Shown piece by piece: positions 47,186 through 57,293 of a DNA stretch of 64,000 bases. Numbering within the stretch: position 1 is the first letter of the stretch; the number at the start of each line of letters is the position of its first letter. Made by a program: the position numbers and the translations under genes. The stretch covers positions 1 through 64,000 of the IMG/VR virus record IMGVR_UViG_3300005329_000012; one strand, given 5' to 3'. The notes beneath the pieces are model-generated. The model made no database searches, was not told the origin of the DNA, and was given only the letters and a program-made list of their open reading frames with translations. Source of the stretch: a virus.

Positions 47186-50100
47186 CCTGCTCGTCAACGC
47201 GGTCTACCCGATCGAGTACTTCACGCTCCCGGGCGTGGACGAGGTCCAGTACCCGGACAAGTTCTGGTGGGCCAGCAAGCAGCGGTTCGCCGCGCTGTTC
47301 CCGGGCTCGGACGGCTCCGTCTACACCCCGCCCGACCAGGGCGGCCAGTACACCAAGGAGGTCCTGGAGATCGACCTCGGCCGCATCCGCGAGGTCAACT
47401 ACGTCAACATGGACGTGCTCCGGGTGCCGGTCGACGTCACCATCGAGTACGACGCGATCTCCGCGCCGGACCGCACGTCGCTCTGGACGCCGGTCGCCCC
47501 GGTCGAGGGCCAGCCCTTCGACGACCGGGTGTTCTTCGACGCCGGGAACCGGGCGGCGTGGCTCAACGCCGACTACGTGTTCGCTACCAAGCGCGGGAAC
47601 ATGGTCCACACGCGGTACCTCCGCTTCACGTTCACCCGGCGCACGGACGCCTGGCCGGTCGCGACCAGCTCGCAGTTCAAGTGGGCGGTCATGGTCAAGC
47701 ACATGCGGATCGGCCGCTTCATCTCGTCGGCCAAGGACACCGTGGGGCCGCTGCTCGCGCAGGACACCCCGGCCGACCTGGAGGCGTACGTCGTCCCCTC
47801 GACGGACAACGCGCTCACGCGCGAGGTCAAGCAGCAGTTCCGCGTCCCGGCCTCGGCCGCGCGCGGCGGCGACGTGTGGCCCAACATCCTCGGCTTCGGC
47901 CTCCTGGCGCAGGTCGAGCCGGTGCTGACGGAGGGGACCGAGATGCCGACCGAGTCGGACGTCAGCCTGTCGTGGTCGCTGTGGGACGTGTCCGACGGCC
48001 TCGCCCCGAACCGGCTCCTCACCGGCATCCACGAGGGCAGCTACGACGTCGGGCTCAACTGGATCAACTGGTACCTGGAGGACCAGGACGCGATCCCGAC
48101 CAACCCGGACACGCTCTACGAGTTCCGCGTCCTCAGCCTGAACGACACGACGGTCAACCAGGTCTCGCTGACCCAGCAGTTCCTCTCCAGCACCCCGCTC
48201 CCGGGCACGCTCGCGTTCGTCAGCGGCGACGCCACGGTGGCCGCCACCGCCCCGCAGGACCTCGTGCTGACCGAGGGCGCGTGGGTCCAGACGCCCGCGA
48301 CCGGCGTGGCGCTCCAGGTGGACTCCATGACGAGCGACGTCGAGTTCGAGCTGACGACCGGCTTCCCGAGCGCGAGCGCGCCGACCGCGACCGCGAGCCG
48401 CGTCTACCCGGTCTCGAAGTACGACCCGGTGGTCGGCGACTACGTGCAGGACGGCTCGCGCAACCTCGTGATGCGCGTCTGGGCGGACGTGGCCGACGAG
48501 GGCCGCGACTTCCTCGGCAACTCGTACCGCTACGGCGTCCGGCGCGAGAAGGCGCAGTACGTCGTGGACGGCAACAAGGCGGGCTGGATGAGCGACCCGG
48601 TCCCGAGCCCGGACGGCGTCGAGAGCCTCTACTTCGACCTCCGCGAGTGGAGCACGGACGACAACGAGTACCTGCTGCGCCTGATCGACGGCGTGCTCAT
48701 CTCGGCCCGCACCCCGGGCGTCAAGATGAACGCCTACTACTCGCGCGAGAACGTGCAGGGCGACAAGCCGGTGCTGCCGGACGAGTGGGACCACCTGCTC
48801 TGGACGCCGGTCGCGCAGACGTCGTGGACGCTCCGCTCCAACGAGCACATCGAGTTCCCGCAGCCGGTCCGGTGCGCCTACGTCAAGCTGGAGTTCACGA
48901 GCCTGAACCCGCTCCCGTGGCGCGTGCCGACCTTCCCGCCGCTCCCGCCGAAGGTCTACCGCCGCTTCCCGACGTGGGTCGAGGACCAGTTCACCAACTC
49001 GCAGCTCCGCAACGTGGTCGAGGACTGGTGGCTCCGCTCGAAGACGCCGGTCCAGACGCAGGTCCTCGACGACCTCACCGACCCGGTGCTGGAGTTCGAG
49101 TACAAGGAGCGCGAGTTCTTCTCCGCGCTGGCGCTCGGCGAGGTCAAGGAGTCGCAGCTCATCAACACGAACCTCGTGAACACCGACGAGCGCAGCGTCT
49201 TCGACCCGGTGACGGGCTCGAAGATCTTCCTGTCCTACTCGGACAAGTACAAGTCGACCCTGCTCGCGAGCGTCGACCAGGACTCCGTGCTCGGCCGGAT
49301 GGTCGTGCAGCGGTTCGACCCGTTCGCCTCGGGCACCACCGAGCGGCAGGTGAACCCCGTGCCGCTCGACGCCATCCCGACGGTCTCCAGCACCAACAAC
49401 CGCGTCTCCGAGGCGTACTCCCACCTGGTCGGCGTCCCGATGCGGTTCAACCGCACCTGCCGCCACGTGTACCGCGAGGACGCCGCGGAGTTCAACCGCA
49501 AGGCGTACTTCGTCGGCATCGACGAGGTACAGTTCATCCGCAACCGCTACACGGTCAAGCACGACGACGACATCATCAAGGACGTGCTCGCCGACGACGT
49601 GCTGCTGGAGGACAACACCTGGGAGCGCGAGACCGGCACGCAGATCGAGGACGGCCAGACGGTCTACGTCACCTACCAGAACGACACGCAGTACACCGAC
49701 GAGGCCGTGACCCTGACGGGCACCCTCCCGGTCAAGCTGGAGGGCCAGGGCGGCACCCTCGCGAACGTCCTCGTCTACAGCAGCCCCTCGAAGCTCGGCG
49801 TCCAGTACTGGCAGAACGACGACTGGGTCGTGGACCACAAGCGCGACGAGGACGGCGTGCTCACCCACTGGATCTCCCGCTCGGTCTACACCCAGCGCAT
49901 GGGCGTCCCGGAGCAGCCGACGGTCTACGCGGACGCGGCCGTGGTCGTCGGGCGCGCGGCCATCCCGGCCCCGCCGACCGAGGACTCGGGCGTGGTCGTG
50001 GGCGCGGGCACCGTCCTGGCGGACGAGGGTCCGTACGCCCCGAGCTACGGCACCGGCACCTACGGCGGCCCCGGCCCGGCGCCGGGCGGCCAGTACGACA

Positions 50101-50246
50101 ACATGGCGAGCGCCTACGCGGACGCCGCGACCTCGGTCGGCGACGGCGACGCCTCCGTCACCGACGAGGGCATCCAGCACGACGACGGCGCGACCGCGAC
50201 CGGCGTGGCGGTCCTCTCTGGCGCCGAGGACTTCACGGACGTATAA
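47175..50246 (+). CDS. Large minor tail protein (beta-sandwich domains)
   Basis: EVLEIDLG, TRYLRF, YVKLEFTSL; TTG start. Confidence 0.7.
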   Translation: MTANLLVNAVYPIEYFTLPGVDEVQYPDKFWWASKQRFAALFPGSDGSVYTPPDQGGQYTKEVLEIDLGRIREVNYVNMDVLRVPVDVTIEYDAISAPDRTSLWTPVAPVEGQPFDDRVFFDAGNRAAWLNADYVFATKRGNMVHTRYLRFTFTRRTDAWPVATSSQFKWAVMVKHMRIGRFISSAKDTVGPLLAQDTPADLEAYVVPSTDNALTREVKQQFRVPASAARGGDVWPNILGFGLLAQVEPVLTEGTEMPTESDVSLSWSLWDVSDGLAPNRLLTGIHEGSYDVGLNWINWYLEDQDAIPTNPDTLYEFRVLSLNDTTVNQVSLTQQFLSSTPLPGTLAFVSGDATVAATAPQDLVLTEGAWVQTPATGVALQVDSMTSDVEFELTTGFPSASAPTATASRVYPVSKYDPVVGDYVQDGSRNLVMRVWADVADEGRDFLGNSYRYGVRREKAQYVVDGNKAGWMSDPVPSPDGVESLYFDLREWSTDDNEYLLRLIDGVLISARTPGVKMNAYYSRENVQGDKPVLPDEWDHLLWTPVAQTSWTLRSNEHIEFPQPVRCAYVKLEFTSLNPLPWRVPTFPPLPPKVYRRFPTWVEDQFTNSQLRNVVEDWWLRSKTPVQTQVLDDLTDPVLEFEYKEREFFSALALGEVKESQLINTNLVNTDERSVFDPVTGSKIFLSYSDKYKSTLLASVDQDSVLGRMVVQRFDPFASGTTERQVNPVPLDAIPTVSSTNNRVSEAYSHLVGVPMRFNRTCRHVYREDAAEFNRKAYFVGIDEVQFIRNRYTVKHDDDIIKDVLADDVLLEDNTWERETGTQIEDGQTVYVTYQNDTQYTDEAVTLTGTLPVKLEGQGGTLANVLVYSSPSKLGVQYWQNDDWVVDHKRDEDGVLTHWISRSVYTQRMGVPEQPTVYADAAVVVGRAAIPAPPTEDSGVVVGAGTVLADEGPYAPSYGTGTYGGPGPAPGGQYDNMASAYADAATSVGDGDASVTDEGIQHDDGATATGVAVLSGAEDFTDV

Positions 50247-50252
50247 CAGGCG

Positions 50253-52460
50253 ATGCCCTTCCCCGTAGGAGACACCTTCGACGACCCGCGCGGGCGCTGG
50301 AACGTCCCGACCCCGTGGGACGACTCCATCACGGAGGAGGTCGCCAACCCCTCGGCGGCCGACTTCCTGGCGACGCAGGAGCACGTCGACCTGCGCTCGT
50401 TCCGCGTCGCGGCGGACTCCCTCGCGGTGCCGCAGTACCCCGACCTGGACACGGTGCCCCAGGACCCGTACCTGGACGACGTCTTCCAGACGAACCTTGA
50501 GGTCAAGCTCGGCGACATCTTCTCCGAGGACTGGCTGACCGACACCCACAGCGGCCTGACGCACTCGTACAGGGGCGCGTGGGACGTGACGGTCGCCTAC
50601 TCGTCGGGGGACGTGGTGGAGTACAAGGGGAAGCACTACTCCGCGACCGGCAGCACGACCGGCGAGGCGCCGACCGGCATCGGCGCGCCGTGGAGCGAGA
50701 CGTTCTTCTACGGGAAGATCGCGTCGCGCGGCGGCTGGTACGGCCTCCAGGTCACGACCGACGGCTCGGCGCTGGACACCGCGCTCCGCAGCTCGATCCC
50801 CGGCGACGCGGTCGACATCTCGAACGAGGACAAGCTCTCGATCGTCTTCCCGGACTGGCACACGTTCACGGCCGCGACGAGCACGGTCCAGCTCACGTCG
50901 AGCCCCGACGGCTCGTTCGGGACGGCGGCCTTCAACTCGGCCGCGGTCGCGTTCACCGGCAACACCGCGACCCTCCCGGAGCTGAGGCTGGCCCTGTCCG
51001 GCTTCACGTCCGGCGCGGGCACGGGCTTCACCCTGTCGTCCGTCTCGGGCATCAAGATCACGCTGAAGGGCTCGCCCGGCGCGGCCCAGACGATCACCGT
51101 CATGGCCGTCAGGGCCGTGAAGGACTCCTGGGTGCCGAGCGCGCTCGACTTCGACACGCGCTGGGGCATCATCACCCCGCCGGTCACGCTCGACGGCGCC
51201 GCCTACGCGGGCAGCGTCGCCAGGGCGTTCGAGTTCATCCGCGGCAACGGCACGCCGGACGACCCGTTCCCGGTGGACGGCGCCTACACGCTGTTCTTCA
51301 GCGGCGGGGGCGGGACCTCCCCGGCCGACGCCGTGCCGCCGCTGGTCAACACGCTCGCGATCATCCTCCGCGAGACCAAGATCTCCGACTCCGACGACGG
51401 CTCCGCGATCGTGGTCAGGCTCAAGTGGAACGAGGACACGCTGGAGTTCGAGGCGCAGCGGCGCGACACGGCCGCGGGCGTCACGAGCTACACGACGCTC
51501 TACCAGGAGACGATCAGCGCGCAGGGGCCGGACCCCAACTCCCTGTACGCCTGGAACGTCAAGCTGGTCGGCAAGAGCCTCGACTCGCGCGTGCTCCAGG
51601 TCAACCGCTCGCACGACACCGTAAGCACGGTCTGGACGCTCGACACGCAGAGCAGCGACGACTGGACCTTCCGCAACGGCCGCGTCGGCTTCATGGCCGA
51701 CCTGCTCAACCGGGACGCCTACGTCTCCGAGCTGACGCAGGCGCCGGTCGGCTACGCCACCCTGACGACGCGCGTCTACGAGGCCAGGACGCCCGTGGAC
51801 GGGGCGCGCCTCCAGGCGGTCTTCGCGCCGGACGGCGACCTGTTCCAGACGCTCGACGGCCCGGACGCCTTCCGCGACCAGACCAAGACCGTCTCGGGCG
51901 CGGGCGGCATCCGCACGCTCTCCGGGCTCGACACGAACCAGTTCGTCGTGGACGACTGGTACGAGACGTACCTGGAGGCGCAGATCTGGGTGCCCGCCAA
52001 CGTCTCCCGGGCCAACCAGCCCACCATCTCGCTCCAGTCGGGCGGCTCCTCGTACCCGCTCGTGATGCCGAGCCTCCAGCCGTCGCAGTGGAACTCGCTC
52101 CGCTTCGAGCTGCGCCGCTTCAAGGACCTCATCACCGGCCTGCCGTACAGCTTCAACTTCGGCCCCGGCGAGGCGCCGGACACCCCGCTCGGCTTCTTCT
52201 GGGTCGACTCGGTCGTCATCGGCCGCCGCCGGGTCTCCTGGAGCGTTCGCGCGGTCGAGAACGGCCCGTGGCGGCGCTTCTACGGCCTGGTCAACGACCC
52301 GAAGGGCGCGGTCCACTTCAACCCCGACGAGAGGGGCCGGTTCCTCCAGCTGAGGGCCGAGGCGCTGACCAACGACGCCTGGGTCAGCGAGTTCACCCTG
52401 TTCCCGCACTACGCCGAGCTGGGCCTGCCGCTGTACGACCGCGGGTTCGAAACCCGCTAG
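50253..52460 (+). CDS. Minor tail protein with CBM5/12-like carbohydrate-binding module
   Basis: AWDVTVAYSSGDVVEYKGKHYSA...PW. Confidence 0.7.
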   Translation: MPFPVGDTFDDPRGRWNVPTPWDDSITEEVANPSAADFLATQEHVDLRSFRVAADSLAVPQYPDLDTVPQDPYLDDVFQTNLEVKLGDIFSEDWLTDTHSGLTHSYRGAWDVTVAYSSGDVVEYKGKHYSATGSTTGEAPTGIGAPWSETFFYGKIASRGGWYGLQVTTDGSALDTALRSSIPGDAVDISNEDKLSIVFPDWHTFTAATSTVQLTSSPDGSFGTAAFNSAAVAFTGNTATLPELRLALSGFTSGAGTGFTLSSVSGIKITLKGSPGAAQTITVMAVRAVKDSWVPSALDFDTRWGIITPPVTLDGAAYAGSVARAFEFIRGNGTPDDPFPVDGAYTLFFSGGGGTSPADAVPPLVNTLAIILRETKISDSDDGSAIVVRLKWNEDTLEFEAQRRDTAAGVTSYTTLYQETISAQGPDPNSLYAWNVKLVGKSLDSRVLQVNRSHDTVSTVWTLDTQSSDDWTFRNGRVGFMADLLNRDAYVSELTQAPVGYATLTTRVYEARTPVDGARLQAVFAPDGDLFQTLDGPDAFRDQTKTVSGAGGIRTLSGLDTNQFVVDDWYETYLEAQIWVPANVSRANQPTISLQSGGSSYPLVMPSLQPSQWNSLRFELRRFKDLITGLPYSFNFGPGEAPDTPLGFFWVDSVVIGRRRVSWSVRAVENGPWRRFYGLVNDPKGAVHFNPDERGRFLQLRAEALTNDAWVSEFTLFPHYAELGLPLYDRGFETR

Positions 52461-52541
52461 CTCCGAGCGGGTAAGTAGCGACATCAGTGGTTCCCGCGCC
52501 GCGGTGGCGCGGACGAAACTGGGCAGGAGGACAACACTGAC

Positions 52542-53462
52542 ATGGCAACGAACGTATACATCCGAGGGCTGAGCAGGCGCGGCTTCCGCGTGAAGTCCGT
52601 CGGCGGCACCATCAAGACCGTCAAGTTCGTCAAGGACGCGACGGCGGTCAACAACGTCCAGGTCGACATCGACGACCCGGCCACGCAGCAGGTCCTCTCG
52701 CGCGAGCGGGACAACTTCATCCGCGTGGCGAGCGCCACCGCCAACACGACGTCGATCATCGGCCTCGACCGACGCGGCTTCCGCCTCACGAGCGGCGGCA
52801 CGACCTCGAAGGTCAAGGTCGGCAACGTCGCCGTGACGACCGTGGACCTCGGCGACTACCGCGTCGCCCGCGTCCTGAGGCGCGAGAAGCGCGACTGGCT
52901 CCGCAGCACGTCGGTCTCGTCCGTGGCCATCCGCGGCCTGACCGAGGCGCAGGCGAGCTTCAACCTCTCCCGCGAGGCCGCCGCGACGGCGGTCCTCAAC
53001 TCGACCGGCACGGCCCCGGCCGACGGCGCGACCGTCACCATCAACGACCGCACCTACACCTGGAAGACCGCCCTCACCCCGACGGCGGGCCAGGTGCTCA
53101 TCGGCGTGTCCTCGGACACGGCGCTCGACAACCTCGTGGCCGCCGTCAACGGCGCCGCGGGCTCGGGCACCACGTACGCGGCGGGCACCCTCAAGCCGAC
53201 CGGCGTCACCGCTGGCGCGCGGGCGGGCACGGGGGCGACCGGCACCGTGACCTTCACGGCCGCCGTCACCGGCTCGACCGGCAACACGTTCGCCTCGACC
53301 GAGACGTCGGCGCAGAACGCCTTCACCAACGGGGCCACCTTCACGGGCGGCAGCTCGGTGGACAAGGTGCGCAAGAGCGCCACGGTCACGGTGGACCCGC
53401 GGCTCGCCAAGAACTACCAGCAGCTCCGCAGGCACTACCGGAGCTGGGTCGAGTCCGCGTAG
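52542..53462 (+). CDS. Putative structural protein with three internal repeats
   Basis: IRGLSRRGF / IIGLDRRGF / IRGL repeats; SD aggagg; own promoter motif. Confidence 0.75.
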   Translation: MATNVYIRGLSRRGFRVKSVGGTIKTVKFVKDATAVNNVQVDIDDPATQQVLSRERDNFIRVASATANTTSIIGLDRRGFRLTSGGTTSKVKVGNVAVTTVDLGDYRVARVLRREKRDWLRSTSVSSVAIRGLTEAQASFNLSREAAATAVLNSTGTAPADGATVTINDRTYTWKTALTPTAGQVLIGVSSDTALDNLVAAVNGAAGSGTTYAAGTLKPTGVTAGARAGTGATGTVTFTAAVTGSTGNTFASTETSAQNAFTNGATFTGGSSVDKVRKSATVTVDPRLAKNYQQLRRHYRSWVESA

Positions 53463-53505
53463 ACCAGTTTCCCCACCATACCTCACAGGAAACGGAGGAA
53501 AGCTG

Positions 53506-53760
53506 ATGAAGAAGCTGTTCGCACTGCTCGCCGTCGTCGGCACTCTCCTGGTGGCAGGCTTCACCGGAGCGACGGCAGCGGCACCGGCCGCGTCCAACGT
53601 CGGCGCGATCGCGTACAACGTCGACCCAGGGGGCGGGTCCCCGACCTCGTTCTTCTACTACTCGCGCGTGTACACGTTCTACGACGGGTACTGGCACTGG
53701 CTCAACTGCGAGTGGGTCATCTACTCGGACGGCAGCGCGATCCTGAACCGCTGCTGGTAA
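53506..53760 (+). CDS. Small secreted aromatic-rich protein
   Basis: MKKLFALL signal peptide; Cys pair; SD ggagg. Confidence 0.75.
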   Translation: MKKLFALLAVVGTLLVAGFTGATAAAPAASNVGAIAYNVDPGGGSPTSFFYYSRVYTFYDGYWHWLNCEWVIYSDGSAILNRCW

Positions 53761-53785
53761 GCGCCTAGCAAGCAGACCGGCGAAA

Positions 53786-53809
53786 GAGAGGCCCCGGAAG
53801 GGGCCTCTC
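53786..53809. terminator. GC hairpin, terminator-like
   Basis: gagaggcccc-ggaa-ggggcctctc. Confidence 0.65.
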
Positions 53810-53828
53810 ACTCGTCGAAAACCCGTTC

Positions 53829-54392
53829 ATGACGAAGATGTGGCGCCGCTGGGCTAGGGCCAGGTCCCGGATGGGCCAGAGCCGAGCGCACTCAGGCGGC
53901 CGGGTGCTGGGGATGGTGGCGTTCGCCGCCGTGGTCCTGGCGGACGGCCTCACGAAGCTCCTCCTCCCGAGCGAGACGCAGGTCGAGGACCACGGCCGCT
54001 GGAGCATGGTCCTGCACGGGGACCACGCCGGGAGCCTGTGGCCGGGCTGGGTCCCGCTCGCGGGCTACCTGTGCTTCCTCGCCTTCGCCCTCTGGCCGCC
54101 GACGCGCGTCGCCGGGTGCGCGGTCCTCGCGGCCTCGCTCTCGAACCGGCTCTGGACTCTCGCGCCGGGCGGCGTGCCCAACCCGTTCGTGGCCGACGGC
54201 CGCGACGGCGCTGGTGCGCTCGACCGCCTCGTCGGCGCCGGGTGGGTCTCCTACAACGTGGCCGACGTGGTCATCATCGTCGGCTGCTGGGCCATCGTCG
54301 CCCTGGTGGCCGTCTACACCGCGCGGGCCGCGCTCCGGGTCGGCGCAGAGTGGCGTTCTCTGCGCGCCGCGGAGGCGGGCGGGAAAGGGTAA
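53829..54392 (+). CDS. Divergent signal peptidase II (LspA)-like membrane protein
   Basis: DGLTK, SN, YNVAD; four TM segments; start uncertain. Confidence 0.65.
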   Translation: MTKMWRRWARARSRMGQSRAHSGGRVLGMVAFAAVVLADGLTKLLLPSETQVEDHGRWSMVLHGDHAGSLWPGWVPLAGYLCFLAFALWPPTRVAGCAVLAASLSNRLWTLAPGGVPNPFVADGRDGAGALDRLVGAGWVSYNVADVVIIVGCWAIVALVAVYTARAALRVGAEWRSLRAAEAGGKG

Positions 54393-54446
54393 GGGCGCGG
54401 GCGACCGCGCCCCACAGGTGCCCAGAGGCGGCCGGAGAGGGGCCTT

Positions 54447-54725
54447 CTAGCCGACGCGCTCGGTCGGCTTGAGCCCGAGGTCGCGCTCGGCCGCCGCGAA
54501 CATGCGGGCGCCGGTCGTCCGGGCCAGCTCCTCGCCGTCGTGGTCCTCCAGGACGACGGTCGGCAGGCCGCGCACCCCGGCGGCCTCGGCCTGGTCGGGG
54601 TGCTCGTCCACGTCCACGTGCACCAGCTCCAGGCCGTAGCTCTCGGCGAGCCTCTGGATCACCGGCTCCCACGCGCGGCACGGGCCGCACCAGGACGCCT
54701 CGTACTTCACCAGCTTGCGGGTCAC
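54447..54725 (-). CDS. Thioredoxin
   Basis: ASWCGPC, VDVDE, GVRGLPT. Confidence 0.9.
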   Translation of the reverse strand: MTRKLVKYEASWCGPCRAWEPVIQRLAESYGLELVHVDVDEHPDQAEAAGVRGLPTVVLEDHDGEELARTTGARMFAAAERDLGLKPTERVG

Positions 54726-54910
54726 GCGATCCTCCTCGCGGCGAAGGCGGGCTTCCTGCCCTCGGCGGCCATGTCCGCCCGGATCTTCTCGATGGCCCGG
54801 GCGGTCAGCGGGTTCGTCGACGCGGCCTTGTCCAGGCAGATGCTCGGCGAGATCCAGGGGAGCGCCTGGAGCATCAGGCCGCAGTGCTCGTGGCCGCACT
54901 CAGCTCCCAC
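54722..54910 (-). CDS. Small hypothetical protein
   Basis: Fills gap between RNR and thioredoxin with overlaps. Confidence 0.45.
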   Translation of the reverse strand: MGAECGHEHCGLMLQALPWISPSICLDKAASTNPLTARAIEKIRADMAAEGRKPAFAARRIA

Positions 54911-56627
54911 AGACGCCCCCGACGCACGACTCCTCGTTCTCCTCGAACACGACGCCGGTCTGGCCGAGCGCGACCTCGTACGGCACGACGCTGAGCGGCT
55001 GGCCGCCGCGGGCGCCGTCCGGGTAGACGGTGATGCCGCGGAGCCTCGGCAGGTAGCGGATCAGCATGTCGCCGAAGTCGCGCTGGTCCCGCCCGTCCGT
55101 GAGCGGGTGCGGGAGGTTGATCGTGCTGCTGATGCCGTGGTCCACGTACCGCTGGACCCACGCCTGGAACGCCACGCGCCGCTCGACGTCGAGCGAGAGC
55201 GAGTAGGCGTCCTCGATGTCCGCCGGGTCTCCCCCGCGGGCGACGTGCCGCTCGGCGGCCGGGTCGATGACGTACTGGAACTGCGTCACGTCGTTGCCGT
55301 CGGACTTCGCCGTCTTGTACCGGCGCTTGTAGGCGACGCAGAACACCGGCTCGATGCCGGTCGTGGTCTCGGCGATGATGCCGATGGTGCCGGTCGGCGC
55401 GATCGCGCGCGTCTTCACCGGGACGGTCAGGCCGTGCTCGCCCGCGTACTCGCGCGCGTAGAGGTCGGCCTCCTCGTAGACCTCCAGCCACTCGGCCAGC
55501 TCGCCGTCCGGGCCGTAGGGCTTCCCGCGCATGACGAGCCACTCGGCGACGCCCATGAGGCCGAGGCCGAGGCGCCGGTTCTTCGAGCGGACCGCGTGGA
55601 CCTCCTCGTACGGCAGGTGCGAGTACACCGTGCCCGCCAGGAGGAACAGCGTCCCGAGGCGGACGGCCTCGCGCATCTCGTCCTTGTCGCCGATGCGGCT
55701 CAGGTTGATGCTCCCGAGGTTGCAGATGTCGTCGCCGTCGGCCGACGTGACCTCCGTGCAGGCGTTCCGCAGGGTCTCGCCCGCGTTGCCGCCCGTGTCG
55801 ACCGAGAAGCCGGGCTCGGCGGTCGTGAGCATGCGGTCGAGCGTGCCCCAGTAGACGGCCTGCGCCAGCTTGTGCCGGATGTGGTCCTCGTTGCCGAACG
55901 CCTCGAAGAACTCGTCGTCGAGGATGACGGACACGTTCGTCATGTCCATCGGGGCGCCGAAGTTGAAGTCGCGCTCCTTGATCGAGCGCACGTCCTCGCT
56001 CCAGTCCTTGACGCGGATGAAGTCCATCACGTCGTCGTGCTTCCAGCTGAGCCCGGCCCAGATCGCCGAGCGGCGCGAGCCGCCCTGCATGACGTTCCGG
56101 CCGATCTCGTTGACGATCTTCATGAGCGCGATCGGGCCGCTCGCGAGGCCGCCGGTCTTGTGGATCGGCTGGCCGCTCGCCCGGACGTCGCTGTAGTCGA
56201 CGCCGATCCCGGCGCCGGTCATCAGGGCCATCCCCGCCTTCCGCATCAGGTCGCTCCAGCCCTCGCGCGAGTCGTCCGCGCGCAGCAGGAGGCAGTTCTG
56301 CGTCTGGTGCAGGGGTCGGCCGGAGGCGTAGAGGTAGCGCCCTCCCGGGAGGAACTTGCGCTGCTCGACCAGGCGCAGGACGCCGTCGAACTCCTCGTCG
56401 CCGGGGCTGTAGCCGAGCGCGCCCATCACGTTCGAGACGACCCTGTGGGCCGTCTCCCGCCACGTCTCCACCGCGCCCGCCTCGTCCCTCATGGCGTACT
56501 TGGCCCGGAACTGCGTCTCCGCCCAGGCCGAAAACTGGTCGGGGTCGGGGGCTTCGGTGTCTGTGTCGGTCGCGTCGTGGAGGTGGCTCGTTTCCTTTGT
56601 TTCTGTCAAAACTTCCGCTGCGGACAT
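54900..56627 (-). CDS. nrdJ: Ribonucleotide reductase, probably class II (B12-dependent)
   Basis: FLPGGR, NC, RRSA, NACTE, CNLGSINL, APTGT, ISSTINLP, C-terminal CxxxxC; no beta subunit nearby. Confidence 0.85.
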   Translation of the reverse strand: MSAAEVLTETKETSHLHDATDTDTEAPDPDQFSAWAETQFRAKYAMRDEAGAVETWRETAHRVVSNVMGALGYSPGDEEFDGVLRLVEQRKFLPGGRYLYASGRPLHQTQNCLLLRADDSREGWSDLMRKAGMALMTGAGIGVDYSDVRASGQPIHKTGGLASGPIALMKIVNEIGRNVMQGGSRRSAIWAGLSWKHDDVMDFIRVKDWSEDVRSIKERDFNFGAPMDMTNVSVILDDEFFEAFGNEDHIRHKLAQAVYWGTLDRMLTTAEPGFSVDTGGNAGETLRNACTEVTSADGDDICNLGSINLSRIGDKDEMREAVRLGTLFLLAGTVYSHLPYEEVHAVRSKNRRLGLGLMGVAEWLVMRGKPYGPDGELAEWLEVYEEADLYAREYAGEHGLTVPVKTRAIAPTGTIGIIAETTTGIEPVFCVAYKRRYKTAKSDGNDVTQFQYVIDPAAERHVARGGDPADIEDAYSLSLDVERRVAFQAWVQRYVDHGISSTINLPHPLTDGRDQRDFGDMLIRYLPRLRGITVYPDGARGGQPLSVVPYEVALGQTGVVFEENEESCVGGVCGS

Positions 56628-56792
56628 CTTCTCTTTCGGTCGTCGGGATGGGGGAACAGCCCCCCTTATGCGCCGCACCCCGGCGGAAGCATGGGCCGCC
56701 GCCGGGCCGGGCTCCGCAACGTGCGCGCGCGCCCGAAAACGGATTGTAGCGACCCCGTAAGGGGCGAGAGGTACCCTTCGAAGGAGGTACGA

Positions 56793-57218
56793 GTGAGCAA
56801 GTTCAAGGAAGTGTTCAGTTCGGCGGCCAGGGCGTTCGCGATCGCCTTCGGCTCGTCCGCGCTGATCCTGGCTGGCCCGGTGCTGGACGCCGCGGACGTG
56901 AAGACGGCCGTGGCCCTCGGCATCGCGGCGCTGATCGCGTCCATCGCGGCAGGCGTCAAGGCCCTCCAGGAGTACATCCCGCAGATCTCGGTCGGCAGCT
57001 ACGTCAAGCAGCCGTTCGGGGCGTGGATCGACGCGTTCCTCCAGGGCGGCATCGGCGCGTTCGCCGTGCTGCTGTTCAACTGGCTGAGCGCGGGAGACGT
57101 GACCGACTGGAAGAACTGGATCGCCGCAGCCGCGATCGGCGCTCTCCAGGCGGGCCTCCGTGCCCTCCAGGGCGCGGTCACGAAGGGCGAGGACCCCGCC
57201 CCCGCGACGGGCTTCTAG
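56793..57218 (+). CDS. Putative holin, four TM segments (internally duplicated)
   Basis: Two similar TM hairpins ending GVKALQ / GLRALQ; SD aaggagg. Confidence 0.6.
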   Translation: MSKFKEVFSSAARAFAIAFGSSALILAGPVLDAADVKTAVALGIAALIASIAAGVKALQEYIPQISVGSYVKQPFGAWIDAFLQGGIGAFAVLLFNWLSAGDVTDWKNWIAAAAIGALQAGLRALQGAVTKGEDPAPATGF

Positions 57219-57263
57219 GTCGGCAACAGGCCGACTCAAGCTCCGAGCGAGGCAGGGAACGAA

Positions 57264-57293
57264 CGAGGGGGCCGGAAGGCCCCCTCGCCCTTT
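57264..57293 (+). terminator. GC hairpin terminator
   Basis: cgagggggcc-ggaa-ggccccctcg then cccttt. Confidence 0.7.

Noticed and set aside
29856-52460. Tailocin or extracellular contractile injection system
   Set aside because: Linked capsid, protease and replication genes indicate a complete phage
52441-52464. GCGGG-TTCGAAA-CCCGC-TAGCTCC resembling a tRNA-Ala/tmRNA 3' end or attP
   Set aside because: No ACCA end, no matching 5' half at a suitable distance, overlaps a CDS end, and no integrase in the window
47115-53618. 2167-aa minus-strand ORF and similar long antisense or off-frame ORFs (e.g. 6035..8413, 42267..44912)
   Set aside because: Shadow ORFs of high-GC coding sequence; Arg/Gly-rich with no motifs, opposite well-supported genes
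54900-56627. Intein or intron in RNR, helicase or primase
   Set aside because: Lengths are compact and no splice-junction or homing-endonuclease motifs were seen
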